Source: Cetorhinus maximus (Eukaryota). From it: DNA of 64,000 nt. Positions 59,770-64,000 of the stretch are shown in pieces. The notes under the pieces are model-generated. The model was given only the letters and a program-made list of their open reading frames with translations. It made no database searches and was not told the DNA's origin. The position numbers were made by a program, and so were the translations under genes. The stretch lies in the NCBI RefSeq assembly GCF_964194155.1, contig NC_135901.1:930001-994000 (forward strand), given 5' to 3'. Numbering within the stretch: position 1 is the stretch's first letter; each line of letters opens with the position of its first letter.

Positions 59770-62240
59770 TTTCCAGTGGGGTTCCACAGTTTGTGGTTTA
59801 TAACAATGATTTGGACTTACTCATTGCCCCTACATTTAAGAAGTTTACGGATGTTACAATAGTTGCTGGTGTGGCTGAGAATGAGGAAGAAAGCTGTGGA
59901 CTGCAGGAAGATATCAAAGGACTGGTCAGATGGGCAGAAAAATGGCAAATGGAATTCAATCTGGAGCAGTGTGAGATAATGAATTTGGGAGGGTAAACAA
60001 GACAAGGGAATGAACAATATACTTCTCAGCATCATCCCGTTTTGTGGAACAAAGAGACCTTGGAGTGCAGATCCACAGATCCCTGAATGTGGCTGGACAG
60101 GTAGATCAGGTGGTCAAAAAGGCATTTGGGACACATTCTTGTCTGAGGACTAGAATGTAAGAGCAGGGAGATTGTGTTAGAATTGTGTGAAACACTAGTT
60201 AGAGCGCAGCTAGAGTACTGAGTACAGCTCTGGTCACTGCATTGATCAACTATAAAGTAATCACAGCCTAAAACTAAAGACAAATTGATAATTTAACATA
60301 TAATTAGAGTCAGTAATTAATCAAATCTAGGGGATAATGATAAAGCTAACTAACCAGGGATTGAAATCGTGAAGAAGTCTGAATTTTTCAGGAAATTAAA
60401 CTCTGAGGTGTTTAGGTATTCGGAGTTAAGAAAAACATAGAAACTAGGAGCAGGAGTAGGCCATTCGGCCCTTCGAGCCTGCTCTGCCATTCATTATGAT
60501 CATGACTGATCATCCAACTCAATAGCCTGCTCCTGCTTTCTCCCCATACCCTTTGATCCCTTTCACCCCAAGAGTATATCTAACTCCTTCTTGAAAACAT
60601 ACAATGGTTTGGTCTCAACTACTTTCTGTGGTAACGTATTCCACAGGCTCACCATTCTCTGGGTGAAGAAATTTCTCCTCATCTCAGTCCTAAATGGTCT
60701 ACCCCGTATGCTCAGACTGTGACCCCTGGTTCTGGACTGACCAACCATTGGGAACATTTATCCTGCATCGACCCTATCTAGTCCTGTTAAAATTTTATAG
60801 GTTTCTATGAGATCCCCCCTCATTCTTCTGAACTCCAGCGAATATAATCCCAATCAACTCAAACATTTCTGTTAAGTTCCTATAAAAGTAAGCTGACTTC
60901 AACACAATGGAAGAAGCTGATTGGAGATTAGCTGATGAATCCTTAATTATTTTAATCATTAGTTTATTTTGTTTAAGTGAATTAATAATTGGATAAACAA
61001 AGGGATGGCAGGGCATCCAAGTCCTGTGAGTTGCGCATCCGGTTCCATGTCGGAAAACCAGGATGCATCCTATGCATTCTATATATCATGCTCCTGGGGC
61101 CAAACTCTAGTTCAAATAGGGTTTGAAGACACTTATAGCAGAGCTAGATAGATTCTTGATTAACAAAGAGGTGTAAGGTTATTGGGGGTAGGTGAAAGGT
61201 TAAAATCAGATCAGCCAAGATCTTATTGAATGGCGGAGCAGGCTTGAAGGGCCAAGTGGCCTACTCTTGCTCCTAGATCATACATTCGTATGTTTGTACG
61301 TATTAAACAATGTGCTGGACGATCACAAAGGGGAATGGTTGAGAGGTGTTTTTGGGACAAGAAGGCTGTTTCCAGTGGAGCCCTGGATGGCTTACTGCAG
61401 GATCCCATGCTTTTATGATATAAATCACTGAATTAGACTTTAACATAGGGGCCATGATTAAGATATTGGCAGCTTTGTGGTTAACAGTGAGGAATAAAGC
61501 TATAGGCTGCAGAAAGATATCAATAGGCTGATCAGGTGGGCAAAAAAAGTAGCAAATGGAGATCAGCCTGGAGAAGTGTGAGGTAATAAATACATTTGGG
61601 GAGGAAAACCAAGGCAAAGGGAAAGAATATTACTGGTATGATGGTGAGAAGTGTAGAGGAACAGAGGGACATTGGAGTGCATGTCTACAGATCCCTGAAG
61701 GTGCCAGGAGAGGTAGATAAGGTGTTTAAAAAGGCAGACAGGATACTTTTTGTTATTAACTGAGACATAGAATACAAGAGCAGGAAATATTTCCAGCATT
61801 TTCTGTTGATGAAAGATCACATACCTGAAACCCCTTTCTCTCCTCAGATGTTGCCAGAGCTGCTGAGTATTTCTAGCATTTTCTGTTTTTATTCCAAACT
61901 CAGGGGGGTTTATACCAAAGCTGTATAAATCACTAGTTAGACCACAGCTAGATTACTGACTAAAGTTCTGGTCACTGCATTACAGGAAGGATGTGTTCAC
62001 AACAGGGAGGGTACAGAGGAGATTTACAAGGATGTTGACAGGGCTGGAGAATTTTAACTGTGAGGAAAGATTGCATTGGCTGGGGTTGTTTTCTTTGGAA
62101 CAGAGGAGGCTGAGCGGAGATTTAGCTGAGATGTATAAAATTATGAGGGGCCAGATGGAGTTGATAGGAAGGACCTACTTCCATTAACAGAGATGTCAAT
62201 GACCAGAGGGCTTAGATTTAAACTAATTAGCAAATGACTA
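59770..62240. mobile_element. Nested CR1 fragments
   Basis: KFTDVT...WAEKWQMEFN, VQRRFTRML and RRNFFTQR segments in both orientations. Confidence 0.7.
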
Positions 62241-62244
62241 GGAA

Positions 62245-62530
62245 TGGGATGGATTCACTGAATCATCCCACCTCCTGAGACACCAGCCAGTTCACACTGG
62301 GGAGAGGCTATTCACCTGCTCTGAGTGCAAGAGGGGATTCACTCAGTTATCGACCCTGCTGAGACACCAGTGAATTCACACTAGGGGAGGCCATTCACCT
62401 GCTCTGAGTGTGGGATGGGATTTACTCAGTTATCCACCCTGCTGAGATGCCAGTGGGTCCACAAGTCACTAAAGGAGCTGTATTCTGCTGTTATGCCTGC
62501 TGTTAGTCTCATTCAACATTGAACCATATT
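62245..62530 (+). pseudogene. Zinc-finger remnant (about 3 fingers) with family 3' tail
   Basis: [20 protein letters not shown]... with a stop and a frameshift. Confidence 0.7.
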
Positions 62531-62559
62531 AATTCTGGTTTTTGCTGATGTTAATAACA

Positions 62560-63100
62560 CCTGTAATAGTCATTTGATAGAACAGGACATAAGTATTGCT
62601 GAAAAAAGAGACTGGTCTATGCTTTTCATCTTACACTCATCAGGACACTTCGCAAGAATACGACCATAAGACATAGGAGCATAAGTAGGCCATTCGGCCC
62701 ATCGAATCTGCTCCACCATGATGAGATCTTGGCTCATTTGATAATCCTCAACTCCACTTTCTTGCCTTGTCCCCATACCCCTTACTGATTAAAAATCTGT
62801 CCAAAGAATACCAATAACAACAAGTTTTACTGTGTGTGAAGAGAGTGCGGATTGGTTGGCAAGTGGCATTGCCATGGAGAATGCACCATTGATGGTGACT
62901 GGCAGTTAACTGCCAAGCATTGTTTGAAATTTAAACCAGGCAGCTTGTCCCTGATTGGTCAAGGCATTATCTGAGGAATGAATCAGCCAATGGCTGTCAT
63001 TTATTTTGTTTAGCTGAGCATACATTGTGCCTTTCTCAGCTAAACAATATAACTGACAGCCATTTGCTGACTCGTTTCTCAGGGCAATGCCTTCACCATT
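62560..63100 (-). mobile_element. Second Penelope-like pLTR type with hammerhead motif; CR1 3' piece nested at about 62662-62802
   Basis: TGTC-CTGATGA-GTgtaagAT-GAAA-AGCA-TA-GAC at 62614-62647 (-). AAGAATAC flanks the CR1 insert. Confidence 0.55.
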
Positions 63101-64000
63101 GATTCAACCAACCTGCTGACACACCAGCGAGTTCACACTGAGGAGAGGCCGTTCATCTGCTCCAAGTGTGGGAAGGGATTCACAAAGTCAAACCACCTGC
63201 TGAAACATCAGCGAGTTCACTCAGGAGAGAGACCATTCACCTGCTCCGAGTGTGGGAAGGGATTCATTAATTCATCTGACCTGCTGACACACCGAAGAGT
63301 TCACACTGGGGAGAGGCCGTTCTTCTGCCCCAAGTGTGGAAGGGATTTGCTCAGTCATCCACCCTGCTGATACACGAGCGAGGTCACACTGGGGAGAAAC
63401 CATTCACCTGCTTCGAGTGTGGGAAGGGATTCACTTGTTCATCCAACTTGATGAGACACCAGCGAGTTCACACTGACAAGAGACCTTTTAAATGCCCGGA
63501 CTGTGGGAAGTGCTATCAAACTTTAGATAAACTTATGTCCCAAACTTATGTCCCATCAACATATTCACACTGACGAGAGACCGTTCAGCTGCTCTCACTG
63601 CGGAAGTGGTTTCAGGCGATCATCTGAACTCACTGTACACCAGCGAATTCACACTGGGGAGAGACCATTCCTCTGCTCCGAGTGTGGGATGGGATTCACT
63701 CAATCAGCCAATCTGCTGTCACACCAGCGAGTTCACACTGACAAGAGACCTTTTAAATGCATAGACTGCAGGAAATGTTTTAAAAGTTCTGGAGAACTGA
63801 TGCGCCATCAACGAGTCCACACTGATGAGAGACCTTTTAAATGCCCAGACTGTGGGAAGTGCTATAAAAGATCTGGGGATCTGATGTCCCATCAATGTAT
63901 TCACACTGATGAGAGACCATTCAGATGCTCTCACTGTGAGATTGGGTTCAGGCAATCGGCTCAGCTCACTGAACACCAGCGAATTCACACTGGAGAGAGG
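63101..64000 (+). pseudogene. C2H2 zinc-finger pseudogene, running off the window end
   Basis: About 10 fingers, beginning mid-finger. 1-bp deletion near 63338 and a 13-bp tandem duplication AAACTTATGTCCC at 63529-63554. Confidence 0.8.

Noticed and set aside
63338-63554. Compensating frameshifts (-1 then +13) restoring the ZNF frame
   Set aside because: The shifted interval contains a TGA, so no continuous ORF results.
1-64000. CRISPR arrays, rRNA genes or prokaryotic operons
   Set aside because: The 84-bp periodicity is zinc-finger coding sequence; content is vertebrate throughout and no rRNA-like sequence was seen.

Overview
Vertebrate genomic DNA, by inference from a cartilaginous fish (shark-type repeat families, zinc-finger leader sequences and a TCR V segment). 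The window is a repeat-dense cluster of tandem C2H2 zinc-finger genes in which I see no KRAB, SCAN or BTB exon. Three arrays have an ATG and open frames (3638-4663, 40252-40869, 50034-50777). Two arrays are intact but have only a GTG or ACG at the expected start (47573-48079, 58603-59751), and there are at least six broken copies. Most genes carry a paralogous CpG-rich NRF1/YY1/CCAAT promoter. Between them lie CR1, L2, a second CR1-group LINE, RTE and Tx1 fragments, Penelope-like elements with hammerhead-ribozyme motifs, SINEs and LTR relics. Less expected contents are: a decayed Gypsy (Gmr1-like) LTR element carrying an intronless piece of the nucleoporin TPR; a fossil cluster of about seven tRNA genes; an orphan TCR alpha/delta-type V pseudogene; and a post-stop peptide tail that stays in frame across ZNF paralogs. 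All identifications come from reading the sequence and recalling family motifs. No search was run, and repeat boundaries are approximate unless a TSD is quoted.
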